64,000 nucleotides of DNA from Chrysomallon squamiferum (Eukaryota; Animalia; Mollusca), in contig CM022677.1 in the NCBI GenBank assembly GCA_012295275.1, positions 7,750,001-7,814,000 of the forward strand. Direction: 5' to 3'. A program made the position numbers and the translations under genes. Within the stretch, counting starts at the first letter, position 1. Every line of letters starts with the position of its first letter. The notes beneath the pieces are model-generated. The model worked only from the letters and a program-made list of their open reading frames with translations, did no database searches and had not been told where the DNA came from. Positions 28,699 to 42,552 of the stretch are shown piece after piece.

Positions 28699-31600
28699 TT
28701 ATGAATATTATAAGCAACTGACCATGGATACTAATTTTCATAAGGGAAATAACTCTCTTTTGATAAAACTTTATTTATATTGTTAAAACTTGAAATAAAG
28801 TTTTAGAAAGCAAATACAATTTCCCACCCAAATTAAAACAAAAACACCCTGAAAAGAATTTTATATTTTTTTATTTACCAAGAATCAGTAATAATGAATT
28901 AAAAAATTAAATTCAACAGCAACATTGTAACAAATATAAAAATTATTTAATTAAAAATGCCTATAAAAAACATAATACTGATACTGTCAAATTACATGTG
29001 CATTATAAACAAATAACAAAACTAATGTAAAAAGAAAATATAATTTAACTATAGCTGTTACTTATTTTTTTTTTTTTTAGCTGTTTTAAATTATTACTAA
29101 AACTTATTTAATTACATTATTTAACTTGAGCTAGACATATGTTTTTTCTTTGTTTAAAGTCTGCTAAATAAATTGATTTGATGGTTTATTTGCTGAGTTT
29201 ATTTTCTATTTTGTGGATATATATGCACTCACATACACACACATACGAGACACAAAACAAACACAGAAAATAACACATATACAAACATTACAATAATCAC
29301 ACAACAGAAAATAAACACACACAAATAGACACAGACACACATTCACTTAGGCAACATCGAAACATACACACAAACAGATATACCAACATACATACTGACA
29401 TACATCCTCACACATACATTGCAGAACATAAATTTAATAAATAATAACTTATATTATCAAAAACACTTCTTATAATAACTGTCAATAACTGGCCAATGAA
29501 AACAACAAAGATAAAGATCAAACTGAAAAAACAAATCTAATAAATATATGATTTCCTTTATAAACTTTGGTCAATTTATTTTATCAGCACATAATTATCA
29601 GTATCAATGCGTGTAATTAACAGCATATTTTATCATGATATTCTGTGTATCAGAAAATATTGACTAGAGTATTAAAAAAGTCATACAAAGAGGATTGTAG
29701 AAATTGTTATTTTTCTATATCAGAACACTGGATAGAGGCAACAATCATCAGTTAAGTTGTTGAAATTATCATTCTTTGTAACAGCAAATGTTGTTTGAAC
29801 AGTTTTAAAATCATTTTCTATCAGAAAATACAGAATGGCATAGAAAACTTAACCTCTATAATCAGGAAAAAACTTGATATATTATTAACAATACCACTTA
29901 TCACCAGACAAGCAGAACAAAAGAAAATATGTCAGAAAATACTGAATATATTATTAATAATATTATTTATCCTCATACAAACTGGAAAAGGGAAAATACT
30001 TTTCTCACAGAATGTACCTGATAGAACTGTAACTGAAAACAGTTTTCTTTCATCAGATAAGCTACACAATCACTGTCACCAAATTCTACTTCAGTGTACA
30101 CAGGCTGAGCTAAGCTGTAAGTGTGACGTTTCCATGACTCCTCTGTGTTCTGCAGAATTAGCTCAGGATGAGCTGAATCTTCAGCCTGTCTCACTTTCAT
30201 CCTCTTCTCCACTTCTGAGAAAAACATTTCAATATTTAATATTAATGTAATTAGGTATTGGTTTGTATAGTTTATATTGTTAAAATTATCTTTGTTTGTC
30301 ATCCAGTAGATGATATATTTTTCATTCTTAAACATTCATTCCTTTATTCGTATAGTCTGTAAAAAAACAATGACTATAACAAATCTCAGTTATATTTAAA
30401 TATAAGCTTTCATTCCTGTCCATTTTACAAAAAGAATGGACAAACTTTTATAAGCAGATGTATATAATTACCAATACAGGACTTCTTTTTAAATTTTAAA
30501 ATTGTTTTATCAATTACCATTAATTGTTCTTAAATTTTTTTTATATATAGTTTCCTTCCCACGAGCATCAAAGCAAAAACCAACTACTTTGTTAAATCAG
30601 ATGTACAACAGACACACCTAGGTATCATAATTATGAATATACACATTCTGAACAGGGAAAGACAGTGAAAGAAAGAAAGAAAGTGAAAGAGAGAATTAGA
30701 GTGGCTAGGAGAAAATCAGGGATAGTGAGACAGAAATAAAAAAGACTGACATCATCACTATACCTGACTTTTGTCTCCAGTTCTGCACTTTTAACATCAT
30801 CAACTTTTATGTTAATTCTTGACACTATCACTGGTTGTCCAAATATCTCAGCCTAGATAACAATAAACACATTTTTTTAATTATTCATAATAATCATTGT
30901 TAGTGTTAAAGAACAATGTTACAGTTGGGAGAAATATTAACAGAAAAAATTGCCAAAACAGATATTTACAGTTTATACGTTTACATATATATAGGTAGAC
31001 ATAGATAGATATATAGATAAACAAACAGACTAAGTTACATAAAGTCACAGACTTACAGACAGACAGAAAGTTAGACAAATAGACAAATCTAAAATAAAAG
31101 AATACAGAGGTACATAGATGAATTTATTAAGTAAAATTATTTAGAGACTGGCAGGTATTGGGTAGATAGATAGGTTGATGATGTAGACAATCAGACAGAC
31201 AGACTGACAGGTTATTGTAGACGTACACTAGTAAATAGATATATAGTTAATAGACTAGGCAAATGTAACAATAACACACACACACACACACACACGTATA
31301 TACACATGCACACAGAAATAGCGAGAGACTGACAGACTGGGAGAAGAAGGTAAACCAAATGACATTTATATATAATTAATCAAACACTGATGATTTAAAT
31401 GGAATACCTCTCCTCTGTTGAAGCAATCTATAGCCTTGTCTACATATACACAATCAGACATCAGTATCCATGCTATTCCTCTGTTTGAACATGTAACTGG
31501 ATATTGGAAAATTCAAGCAGTAGTAGTAGTTATAGTAGCAGTAGTAGTAGCAGTGGTAGTAGTAATTTTAGTAGCAGTAGCAGTAGTAGCAGTGGTAGTA

Positions 31601-32862
31601 GTAGTTTTAGTAGTAGCAGGAGAGGAGGAGTAGCAGGAGTAGCAGTTGTAACAGCAACATAAACAACAGTAGTAGTTGTAATAGTAGTAGTTGTAGTAGT
31701 AGTAGTAATAATAACGGTAATACATTATAATAAGACTAATAATGATAGTAATATTAATAATAATTGTAATAAGACAAATAAAATAATACATAAAATAATA
31801 ATACTAATAATATTAAAAATAAAAATGTAAAAATAATAATCATAATAAGATATTATATTATATTAACAATAAAAAAGTACCATATTATAATAATACAAAA
31901 TAAGATTAATAACAATAAAATTCACAGAAATCAAAAAGAAGAAAAGAATATATAACAATAATAGCTTGCATTTTAATTTATTAACAATCAAGAATTATTA
32001 AAAAAAAAAAAAAAACCAAGAACAAACAATAGAATTAATTTATTAAGACAGACATTTAATAAAAAAAAAATTAAAAATTAAAATTAAAAAAAAACTAGAA
32101 AAAAGTATTTTCACCTTCATAAGAACTACTTCCTCTACAGAGCAGTCTGCCTCCATGTCAAAGAGAGGTTCTGGTTTCTGAATACTTGCATTTCCAGACA
32201 GGTTGAATGCATACACAGCCCTTGCACGATGATCAGCTAGCTACAGTGAAAGTGTGATTTTAACAACTGTTTATATGTGAGAAGAAATATATTGTTCTTT
32301 ACATTAAAAAGAAAGGAAAGTTTTAGAAATTAATGTAAAAGTTGATAAATATGTTAAGTATTGTAATAAGAAATGTTATTTCATGTTAATCATTTCTTAT
32401 TTATTAATTTCTCTTGCTCCTCTCTCTTTCTCACACATTTTTTGTTAACTTTATTTCCTTGTTCTTTTATTTCTAAATACATACACAGATTGTATTGAAA
32501 ACAAAATACATTCATATGTGCGTGTGCATGTGTGTGTGTATTTGTTATAATAAAATCAGTGTATGTATTTGTAAAGAAAATAAAGTTAATAAAAATAATA
32601 GGACTTTTTAAAACTATTTATCCAAAAATTACACATGCACACATATATATATATATATACTTGACACACACACACACACAAAAAAAAAAAAAAAAATTCC
32701 TTAACTGAATACAGCACATACATATACTTTGTTTATTACCTGAAGCCAGGTAGGTACTTCTCCATCTTTCTTGCCCCCAGTGATAGTCAACAGACAGAAT
32801 ACACTCCTTAGAGGCTAGAAATTTGATATATTTTCATCACTTTCTGTTCACTTCTATATTAT

Positions 32863-32931
<69 letters not shown>

Positions 32932-33648
32932 GTTTATTATTACAAAAATAATAATCATAAATCAAATATAGAAAACGCACATGCCTTAATAATTCATAAA
33001 ATAGAAGAAGATAATTTAAATAAATGATACTTTCTTCTCTCTTTCTGCACACACACACACACACATCAGTAACTACATTTTTTGTTAACTTTATTTTCTT
33101 GTTCTTTTTTTATTTTATTATAACAGAGAGAGAGAGAGAGAATGTTTATTATTACAGATAGATACATAGAAAGATAGACAGATAGCTGTGAATTGTTATT
33201 ACTGCACTACTACATACTATATAATCACTCACCATGACCTTTCAACATGGCTGCAGTGTCAGAAGTTGACCGTTTCCTTTATCTGTGAGAATGGCTGGAC
33301 AGCACATCATATTACCCAGCATTCCTAGAGAGAGATAAATAAATAAATAAATGAGAAGACAAATTTCAATGAATAAGAACCATATAAATGTTAAAATAAA
33401 AAATAATTAAAACTGTTTACCAGGATGTCCTCCAATTGCTGTCAGTTAAATCAGGAAGCTGTCTCCAACTGAAGGGAGACAACTACAAGATGATTCAATT
33501 TTGCTCCCCTGAATTATTGACAGTGAGACCTTAAAATTAATTAAATTTATATAAATATTTAAAAAGAAAACAAAACAACAATAGCATTAACAATAATAAA
33601 CCCTTTTATTTAGTATTCTGTTTTTTTTTCTTCTTATTTTTACAATTG

Positions 33649-33718
33649 GATTAGCTTAGGTTAGAGTTAGGGTTAGGATTAGTGTTAGGGTTAAGACTAG
33701 GGTAAGGGTTAGGTTTAG
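33649..33718 (+). repeat. Degenerate interstitial TTAGGG-like tract
   Basis: About 11 imperfect hexamers (TTAGGG, TTAGAG, TTAGGA, TTAGTG). Confidence 0.7.
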
Positions 33719-34091
33719 ACTATTTATTTATTTATTTATTTATTACTTCTGCTGATGCTATTTCTACTACTGCTACAGTATAACTGCTATTATCACCACC
33801 ACATTACATACTGCTGCTGATGTTTTTGGTACTAATTATTTTGTATTTAATTTTATAAAAATTTGCATTTGTTTTAGTGAAAAATATAAAAATAATTTAT
33901 TATGTCAAGCTTACCTAATAAACTAATGAATTTCCACCAGTATTCAAGCTCTTGAACTCAGAGTTGTGTCCCTTGGTGGTATAAACAAAGACTAAGGGCT
34001 CCGTCAGTTTCAATCTTAAAATTAAGTAAAACAGGCCTGAGTATTTTGTACACAGCGTTTAAACATATAAACTGATAACCAAATATTTCTT

Positions 34092-34126
<35 letters not shown>

Positions 34127-34362
34127 TTATCTGAGTAGTAGCAATTATCACTGTTGCTGATACACACACATTCACTCACACACACACATGGTTCTATCCA
34201 TCTTGTGGAAGTCATAAATAAATCACTAATCCCATTCATGGTACTCAAATAAGACAGTGGACTAGGCCACAGGGTTGAGTGTCGTCCCATCCTGTCAAAT
34301 CCCATGTACCGGCCACAGAGGAATAACAAAACAAGTTGAATTTGTGTATTTGTTTATTTAAC

Positions 34363-34600
34363 ATTCAAGCACTATATTCAGAGATAGTATTATTCAAAGT
34401 TCAAGCACTATGTTCAGAGATAGTATTACTCAAAGTTCAAGCACTATATTCAGAGATAGTATTATTCAAAGTTCAAGCACTATGTTCAGAGATAGTATTA
34501 CTCAAAGTTCAAGCACTTTATTCAGATAGTATTATTCAAAGTTCAAGCACTATGTTCAGAGTTAGTAGTATTCAAAGTTCAGGGATACTGTGTTCAGATA
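34363..34600. repeat. 36-bp minisatellite, ~6 copies
   Basis: Unit GTTCAAGCACTATRTTCAGAGATAGTATTAYTCAAA, with alternating variants giving a 72-bp higher-order period. Confidence 0.92.
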
Positions 34601-34625
34601 CACTATGATCAACCGAGTTACTAAG

Positions 34626-35200
34626 TCAAATTTTCACAAGGTGTCCAACTGCATCGAGGTACTGGAGAAGTGTCTTGTCTCCAGCCTACAACTGTCTCTT
34701 GAGACGTCCTACACCTCCAAACTGTCTCTTGAGACGTCCTACACCTCCAAACTGTCTCTTGAGACGTCCTACAACACCAAACTGTCTCTTGAGACGTCCT
34801 ACACCTCCAAACTGGATCTGAATTATTTTGTCCCACTCTGCCTTCTCGATTCCTTAGATGAGGTCTACAAATCTGTTGAGCCTTGAATGGAACCTGGCAA
34901 CAACGCAAACATGAGAGGGATCCATGTACAATGTAAAACTGGTTCAACAAACCAGGTCAAGAGGAGAATGTCCTGTCCATGTAGATTGTCTCAGCTGTCT
35001 GTAGATCTCTGGCTGATCATCAGTTGAGAACTCCACCATCTTGTCAGCATCTCCATCCGAGAACAAGAGGAAGCATCTTGTGTTTGTGTCCAGGGTGCTT
35101 GTAGGTGCAGCTCTTCTCTGGAGGCTGGGAGGACGGGGATGTGGTTTTATGATAAGGATACAAGGCGCTGTTCACACCGTGGAAGATAGACAAGGCGAGA
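34626..35200 (-). mobile_element. Second MULE transposase remnant (internally deleted)
   Basis: FLLFSDGDADKMVEFSTDDQ...TAETIYMDRTFSS*PGLLNQFYIVHG...LMFALLPG is joined directly to the C-terminal FVDLI*GIEKAE...GDKTLLQYLDAVGHLVKI*. It contains a 30-bp x4 repeat at 34688-34813. Confidence 0.75.
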
Positions 35201-35778
35201 ACGTCATTGTCATCTTGGCAATAACATAGAAAAAGTTAGCAAGTACATTTACAGAGACACACATAAACAGACAGACAGAAACAAACACACCAACTAACCC
35301 TAAATGTACCAATGACAGATGACAAATACACTGAAATGCCAAACACAGACACAAATAGAATGACAAAGAATGAATGAGAAAGAAAATACAAAGAAGAAAG
35401 AGAGAGTGTTAAGTAGAATGATGTTGATAATTATGGATAAAGAAGAAAGAAAAGAAAAATATACAGAAAAAATAAGATATAATAATATACAAATCTAAAT
35501 TAACCATCAACAGTAAGTGTTTGGTTGTTAACTTTTGCATCATTCAGATGAAAAGCAGTCATCTTTGGATGATTGCAAACAGCAGACAAAATCTGTGTAC
35601 ACAATTTAGTGATACCAGCGGTTTATTCCCGATTCTGGCAGTGAGATTATAACACATCTTAATTGGACACGCCAGTTGTTCCATTTCTGGCATTTTATTT
35701 CTCACCCTTACTAATTGGTGTTCCGTCACCTTAATTGATGTACTTTTGTCCACAATTTGTAGGACAATCACTCAGACT

Positions 35779-36860
35779 CTACGCAAGAAATGTCACAGAA
35801 AACACTCCACTGCAAGCTGACAAGTAGGAAGCTGTGTCCCGGGTACACATGACGTGATCCAATCCCAGCTGGAAGAGCTTGTTCTTGTCTTCTTCAGTGC
35901 GGTGGGACTTCCTTGGTTTCTGTCCACCTTCCAGCTGCAGCAGATGGGCTTCCTTGTTGGTGTTCTCTGACTTGAACAGAAGAATCAGCTCATATATGTT
36001 CATGTGTGGTTTCACTCCTCTCTTAGCCAACCTACTGTTGTAACATTCACAGTTGTTGTTTGTCCTAGGGGTGTTGCTCCTGAAGTGGTTCCAAATGGTC
36101 AATGGAAAGTTGCCATTAATCCACGTATCCCTTCAGATGTGTAGATGGCATCAAATGACGAATCACATTGTGCACTGCGATTTCAAAATCCACGATCACA
36201 GTTTTAGGTTCAACAGAACAATTCTGGCACATACACATGGATTAGGTGACAATGAATCACATACAGCTGGTAAAAGATCTTCCGACAGATCTTGAATGTT
36301 TCATCCATTGATGTAGTCTCAGACTCGCAAAGTCTCCTAAAATCAGCACCAGTACCAAACACGATGATTCTACTCTCCACCTGCATGTCATCCACATGGA
36401 CAAAATCAGAAGCCAACTCTGTCTTGGTCCACTCACCTTCCAGGTGTATATCCATGGCTGCCTTTGGAGTTTGCAGACTTTTTCGCTCTCTGTCAGTACA
36501 AGCAGGATTTGATGCCCTCAAACATACTCAGCTTGGAAGCTCTGTCCTGAGGTGTTGCGTCTCCATACTTGGTCAACAATTTCTTCCTCTCCTCTTCATG
36601 TATCTTTGGGAAACTGGTCAGCTCCTCCCATGCTTGCTTGGTCAGTAGGTGGACAGCAATTTCACTCTCATCCGAGGAATGGATGTGGTCTTTACCTCTC
36701 CCGACCACAGCCCCATCCAGTGTAGTAGTCACGGTGGCAAGGCACCTTGAATACAGACATCTCTATGACATTCTTGTTATTAATCCGCCGTGCATACCTA
36801 TATCCAATGATCTTGTTAAAATTGGTAATATTTCCTGTCTCCAGATTTTACTGAGATACA
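35779..36860 (-). mobile_element. Third MULE transposase remnant (FLYWCH + DDE)
   Basis: GYRY...RCLYSRCLATVTT...KDHIH (FLYWCH); SRIIVFGT...MDETFKICRKIFYQLYVIH; WNHFRSNTPRTNNNCECYNSRLAKRGVKPHMNIYELI. Frameshifted, with stops. Confidence 0.9.
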
Positions 36861-36989
36861 ACATTAATTTCATGTCTCCAAACATTAATTTTCTTACAGT
36901 CTCTATTCCGGCTCACCTCTGCTCTTCACTGCTCATTAAAGTTAATCTCATTAATCGCCCCCTCTGTTCTTCAGGCATTTTGTTAATCG

Positions 36990-37226
36990 CAGTTGTAGTA
37001 GTTTTAGTAGTAGTAACAGTTGTAGTAGCAGTTGTAGCAGAATTCATAGTTGTGCTAGTAGTGGTAACAATACTAGAAGTAGTAATAGTTTAAATATTAA
37101 TAGAACTAGTAGTAGTAATAGTGGTAGAATTAGCTTAGGTTTTATAGTAGTAGTAAATACAACAAGAAGAGGTAGTAAATAAGTGGAGCCACCACAGTTG
37201 TAGCAGTAGTAATAGTAGTAGTAGTA

Positions 37227-37257
<31 letters not shown>

Positions 37258-37870
37258 AAGTAGTAGTAGTAGTAGTAGCAGTAGTAGTAGCAGTAGTAGT
37301 AGTAGTAGCAGCAGTAGTAGTAGTAGTAGTACAAGTAATAGATGTAATAATGGTAGTAAAAATAACATAATTAACACATAGTATAAGTAACAACAGTAGA
37401 AATAGCAATATAGAAGGAGCAGAAGTAGCAATATTAATAACTAATTGATACTGCTGGAGAAATACATATACTACTAATAATAATAACAATAACAATATCA
37501 ATAACAATAATAATATTAATAATAACACTAACACTAACAATAATTATATTAATAATAACACTAACACTAACAATAATAATAATACTGACAACAACAACAA
37601 CAATAAGAAGAAGAAGAAGAAGAAGAAAACGAAGAAGATGAAGAAGAAGAGAAAATAAGAATTTATTTTTCACAGGTATACATATATAAATATAAAAATA
37701 ATTTCTTTGTTGTTGGATATTATTATTATTATTATTATTAATATTATTATTATTATTATTATCATTACTATTATTATTATTATTATTATTATTACTACCA
37801 CTACTATTATTATTATTACTACTACCACTACTATTATTATCGCTATTATTATTATTATTATTATAAAAGA
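36990..37870. repeat. Compound (AGT)n/(AAT)n/(AAG)n trinucleotide tract
   Basis: Seen directly. Paralogous, inverted, to 22130-23030. Confidence 0.9.
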
Positions 37871-38589
37871 TTTTATAACAGTTATAATTAAGATTACTCA
37901 CAGCACTCGCAGTGTCTGTTTTGTTGGTGGTGAGGCTAAGGAAGATCACTGTTGTTAGAACACATTGCCAAACACACAGCTCAGAAAGCCTGGATTCCAA
38001 GACTGTTTCCTGATAAGTTCTAAACCTAGTTAAAAAATAAGTAAATAAACAAAAATAAAGGTGTTAATAATTAATGAAAATATAGAATACTAAAATATTC
38101 ACTAGGTTGTAATATTAAATAAAATAATAAAAAGATTAATAATATCCAATATTATGTAATTCAGTATGATTATATTTTAAATAAATAAAAAATAATAAGA
38201 AAATAAATAAATAAATGATACATACATCCATACATACATACAATGGATAGATACATAGAAGATAGATAGAAAGATTTATAAATAAATAAAAATAAATAAA
38301 ACAAAAATAATCAACTGTCTACTAAAACTTGTTTTAAGAGCATTTTTATAAATTAAAACTATAAATAAATTTAGAATTATTTAAAAAACTGATTCTTAAG
38401 CTATTTATATTCAGAATTATCAAAAGAGAACTTAAAGAAAGATTATCTCTTTGTTATACTTCAAAAAATATTACAACTTTGACAATAATTGTTAAAAATC
38501 ATAATGAAAAGAAACAGAGAAAAAAGAAACTTGCTAATTAGGTACAAATAAGAAATGATATAAAGACACAGACTGACATACAGAAGGAC

Positions 38590-39540
38590 AAACAGATAAG
38601 TATATAGTAAGTAGAGACCCAGGTAAACAGAGAGATTCTCAGAAAGAAATACACACAGCCAAACATATAAGTATATAGTAAGTACAGACATAGGTATATA
38701 TACAGATTATCAGAAAGAAATACAGATGAACAGATAAGTATATAGTAAGTACAGACATAGGTATATAGACAGATTCTCAGAAAGAAATACATACAGACAA
38801 ACATATAAGTATATAGTAAGTACAGACATAGATATATAGACAGATTCTCAGAAAGAAATACACACAGCCAAACATATAAGTATATAGTAAGTACAGACAT
38901 AGGTATATATATAGATTATCAGAAAGAAATACAGACAAACATATAAGTATATAGTAAGTACAGACTTAGGTATATAGACAGATTCTCAGAAAGAAATACA
39001 TACAGACAAACAGATAAGTATATAGTAAGTACAGACATAGGTATATAGCCAGCTGCTCAGAAAGAAATACAGACAAACAGATAAGTATATAGTAAGTACA
39101 GACATAGGTATATAGACAGATTATCAGAAAGAAATACAGATGAACAGATAAGTATATAGTAAGTACAGACATAGGTATATAGACAGATTCTCAGAAAGAA
39201 ATACATACAGACAAACAGATAAGTATATAGTAAGTACAGACATAGGTATATAGACAGCTGCTCAGAAAGAAATACAGACAAACATATAAGTATATAGTAA
39301 GTACAGACATAGGTATATAGACAGATTCTCAGAAAGAAATACAAACAGATAAGTATACAGTAAGTAGAGACATAGGTATATAGACAGATTCTCAGAAAGA
39401 AATAGACACAGACAAACATATAAGTATATAGTAAGTACAGACATAGGTATATAGACAGATTCTCAGAAAGAAATACAGACAAACAGATAAGTATACAGTA
39501 AGTAGAGACATAGGTATATAGACAGATTCTCAGAAAGACA
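38590..39540. repeat. 67/71-bp minisatellite, ~14 copies
   Basis: AAGTATATAGTAAGTACAGACATAGGTATATAGACAGATTCTCAGAAAGAAATAA-type unit at 38598, 38669, 38736, 38807, 38878, 38945 and onward. Confidence 0.95.
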
Positions 39541-41357
39541 AATATATTTATCTGAACATTTTCAAGGAAAGAAATACAGACATACATAAAGAAAAGCAGA
39601 GAGAGATAGAAATAAAATAAATAGGGAGACAGACAGAAAGAGAAATAGACAGATAGACTAATACATATTTACAGACATAATTACAGACTGAATATTTTTT
39701 AAAGGTTTTAAAATCTGACTAAGTGGTAAAGCTTGTGGCAATTTAAATCTTGGTCTGGCTGCTTTCAACAAAAAATCCAGTTTCACAATAAGATTAGTCA
39801 GTCAAGTCAAACTTTTTCTGCGTGAGTGGATCCATATCTTCCATGCTGTCACCCTTACAGAAAAAAGTTTTGAAACTAATTTATTTTCTTTTGTCAGAAT
39901 TGTTTCAGCAGTTTGTTCACTTTCTTTCTTAGACATTATTTTTACTGAAAAACCTCTTGTAATGGGTGGTGATGTTTCTGGTTTCTTTTCTAGTGTGTCT
40001 GGATGTTTCTTGCCACAGGAGTTTGAGTTTTCAGAGGTTGGTGTGGTGATGTCAGTTTGTCTCAGTCTAATGGTGGTACTGGTGTTGTTGGTGCTGACTG
40101 CTGTTTCATTTTCAATGATGTGAAACCCATGTCAGTTCTGTGGAAATAACAAAAGAGAGAGAAAAAGAAAAAAATATATATATACATATAAAACAAACAT
40201 GAAGCAGAAATATAATAATAACAAGAATTATAACTAAAATTGTAAAAAAAAAAAAAATAATAATAATAACAATAATAATAAAAATAAACAAATAATAAAA
40301 TAAAATAATTTGAATTATTAGAATGTAGAAAAATAACTAGAAAGATGAAGATGCAGTTAAGAGATTGAGAATATTAATAATATAAATAAAAAAATAAAAA
40401 TAAAAAAATAAATAAATTAGTAAATCAAAATTTAAATTAGAATTATAATAATAAAATAAATACATACACATAAATACAATAATAATAATATAAAAAAAAA
40501 TAATTCTAATTCTTCAAATAAAATGAGCAGGATAATAAAATTTAAAAAATGTGACTTACATTTTTAACTGAAGTGCTGTCTAAGGCAGCTTGGATCCTAC
40601 AACAAAATATAATATTCATTAATAAACTAAACATAAAATGTAGTGCAAGTAGCATTTTACATTATTGAAATTGTTGTAAATTCTGTAAATAAAATATTGA
40701 AATAAATTCAACGTATTTGTTTATTGTTTAATTATTCTATATAAGATAATGTGTAATGTGTGTGTGTTTGTGTGTTTTTTTATTCATTAAGTTATTACCC
40801 TTTCACATTCTAGAATCCATGTTTTGATGATCTTTTTGTAAAAGTTCTTTTCAACAAAAGGATCATCACCTTTTGGATGAGATGTTCTTCAGGCTGAAAG
40901 TTAAGTAGCAACAAAAGTTAATGTATTAGGAAAGGAAAGATGTGTAAAAGAATTAAATAAAATATTGATAACTAGGACAGTATATTTACATTGTAAAAAG
41001 ATGCTTTACAGCAAAATATTAAATCAATTGGAATGGTAAAGTACAGCATATTTGTTGATTTAATAAACAGTTACTTCAAGCTGGTCACTAATGAAACTGC
41101 TAAAATAGACGAAATCTAAAATAAAGAAAAAATATTTTATTTAAGAACATATACAGCATGTTTTTTTACTAGATTTATTAAAAAAGGTAACTACCTACAC
41201 AGATAATGAAAAAGAAACCCTGTTTCTGCAATATAAAGTGACACCCTTTTAAACAAGCAACTAAAAATATTTTTCTAATGTACGTCTTTGCACAGAAAAA
41301 AAAAAAAACATACCATAATGTTATACATATGGATAATCAGCTAGATTATTAAATAAC

Positions 41358-41993
41358 CTTATACCAGTCTGTGTAGCAGATCCACATGTTGCAGATCAGG
41401 CACCATAAACATAAGCACTAAAAAAATTGTTTTGTATAAATGGAATAAAAAATATACATTATAACTTTAGAAATATGCTGTTTAATGGTTCAATAAACCT
41501 AATGTAATTCATTGGCCTTAAAGTTCCACCAAATCATTAACAACAGAATTTTAGAGAAATCATTAAATAAATATTTTATTATTTGAGTCATTCTTCACTT
41601 CTTAGACAGAGAAGTAATTTTATTCCTCAGATTATTTAGTGACAACAGCTTTACTCACAATCTAGAGATTGTTATTTATTGTCATCTTAGAATAGATGCA
41701 TAAATGCCTCACAGGAAATAACATGCCCACCTGTTTGTACATAATTTGTTTAAAAGAAAATTACAGTATGAATATATTTGATTTAATTATTGCTAGTTAC
41801 CTGGAAATAAAACATTTGTTTCACATGTTTCTTGAAGATTCCTGTGTCATCTGTACCTCAGTCTTTGCCTCCATTCTTCGGTGTGCAGGATTTGTGCCTG
41901 TTCTTATCTCTAATCTTATTCTAGTGCCTCTACCACATGTTTCACTACAACTACCCAGTCTCTGAAGTGACCATGCAGACCAGGAACCACCAA
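41358..41993 (-). pseudogene. Thrombospondin type-1 repeat (TSR) exon remnants
   Basis: The exon at 41801-41993 reads GGSWSAWS...GSCSETCGRGTRIR...TNPA/PKNGGKD*...ETC with frameshifts. The exon at 41358-41417 reads YGA*SATCGSATQTGIR. Both have AG/GT boundaries. Confidence 0.8.
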
Positions 41994-42552
41994 CTGTAAG
42001 TGTGAAATTAAATAAATAAATTAATAAATAATAAACAAATAAATAAATAAATAAATAAATAAATAAATTAAAAATGACAATTAAATACTTTTTGATTGTG
42101 CTTGAAATCTAGTACTAAAATGATTTTCTTTTAGGTAGAAGTTGAATAACACATTAACTTGTCTGCACAGAGCTTAATGAGTTCTTTCAATTGTTCTGCC
42201 AGTACAGAATAGTCTGCTGCTGTCAATACATGAGTTGGTGAGGATCCAATTCCAAGATATATTAATGTCTTTAAGACAGGTTATTGATCAGATATGCAAA
42301 ATTAAATATGAATTAATGTTATACTGCTCATGTTATAAGGCAGATAAAAATCATTTATATCTCAAAGTATTTGTTTAACAAATATAAATTGTTTGACAAG
42401 ATAAATATATGTAATTATTTAAAATCATATTACAAAAATCATTTTTAAAATCTCTAATAATGCTTGCAGGAGGCACTGGATTGGAAAGTGGATGACAAAC
42501 AAATAAAAAATAAAGAAAGAAAGAAATGCATAGCTTAATTTATGTGTTTGTT

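Larger units (their letters stand above)
30018..40598 (-). pseudogene. F-box/LRR/RRM gene remnant, copy 2 (most complete)
   Basis: Minus-strand exons: ~40560-40598; ~39689-40137 (F-box-like VKIMS...LVSK); ~37901-37990 (LRR); 33421-33529 (LPDLTD.QLEDIL); 33233-33324 (CPAILTDKG, cysteine-containing LRR-like); 32740-32814. RRM across 32115-32240 (RAVYAFNLS...VEEVVLMK), 31408-31503 (YPVTCSNRGIAWILM...VDKAIDCFNRGE; acceptor reads AA, not AG) and 30764-30852 (AEIFGQPVIVSR). Then 30018-30215. Interrupted by two MULE remnants. Confidence 0.65.

Noticed and set aside
37044-38000. Poly-L/Y/T/N/I ORFs and other SLSLSL or CVCV ORFs across the window
   Set aside because: They are translations of microsatellites.
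18359-39540. Minisatellites (32, 51/46, 36, 30, 67/71 bp) as CRISPR arrays or coding repeats
   Set aside because: They are head-to-tail with no unique spacers. ORFs over them are repeat by-products.
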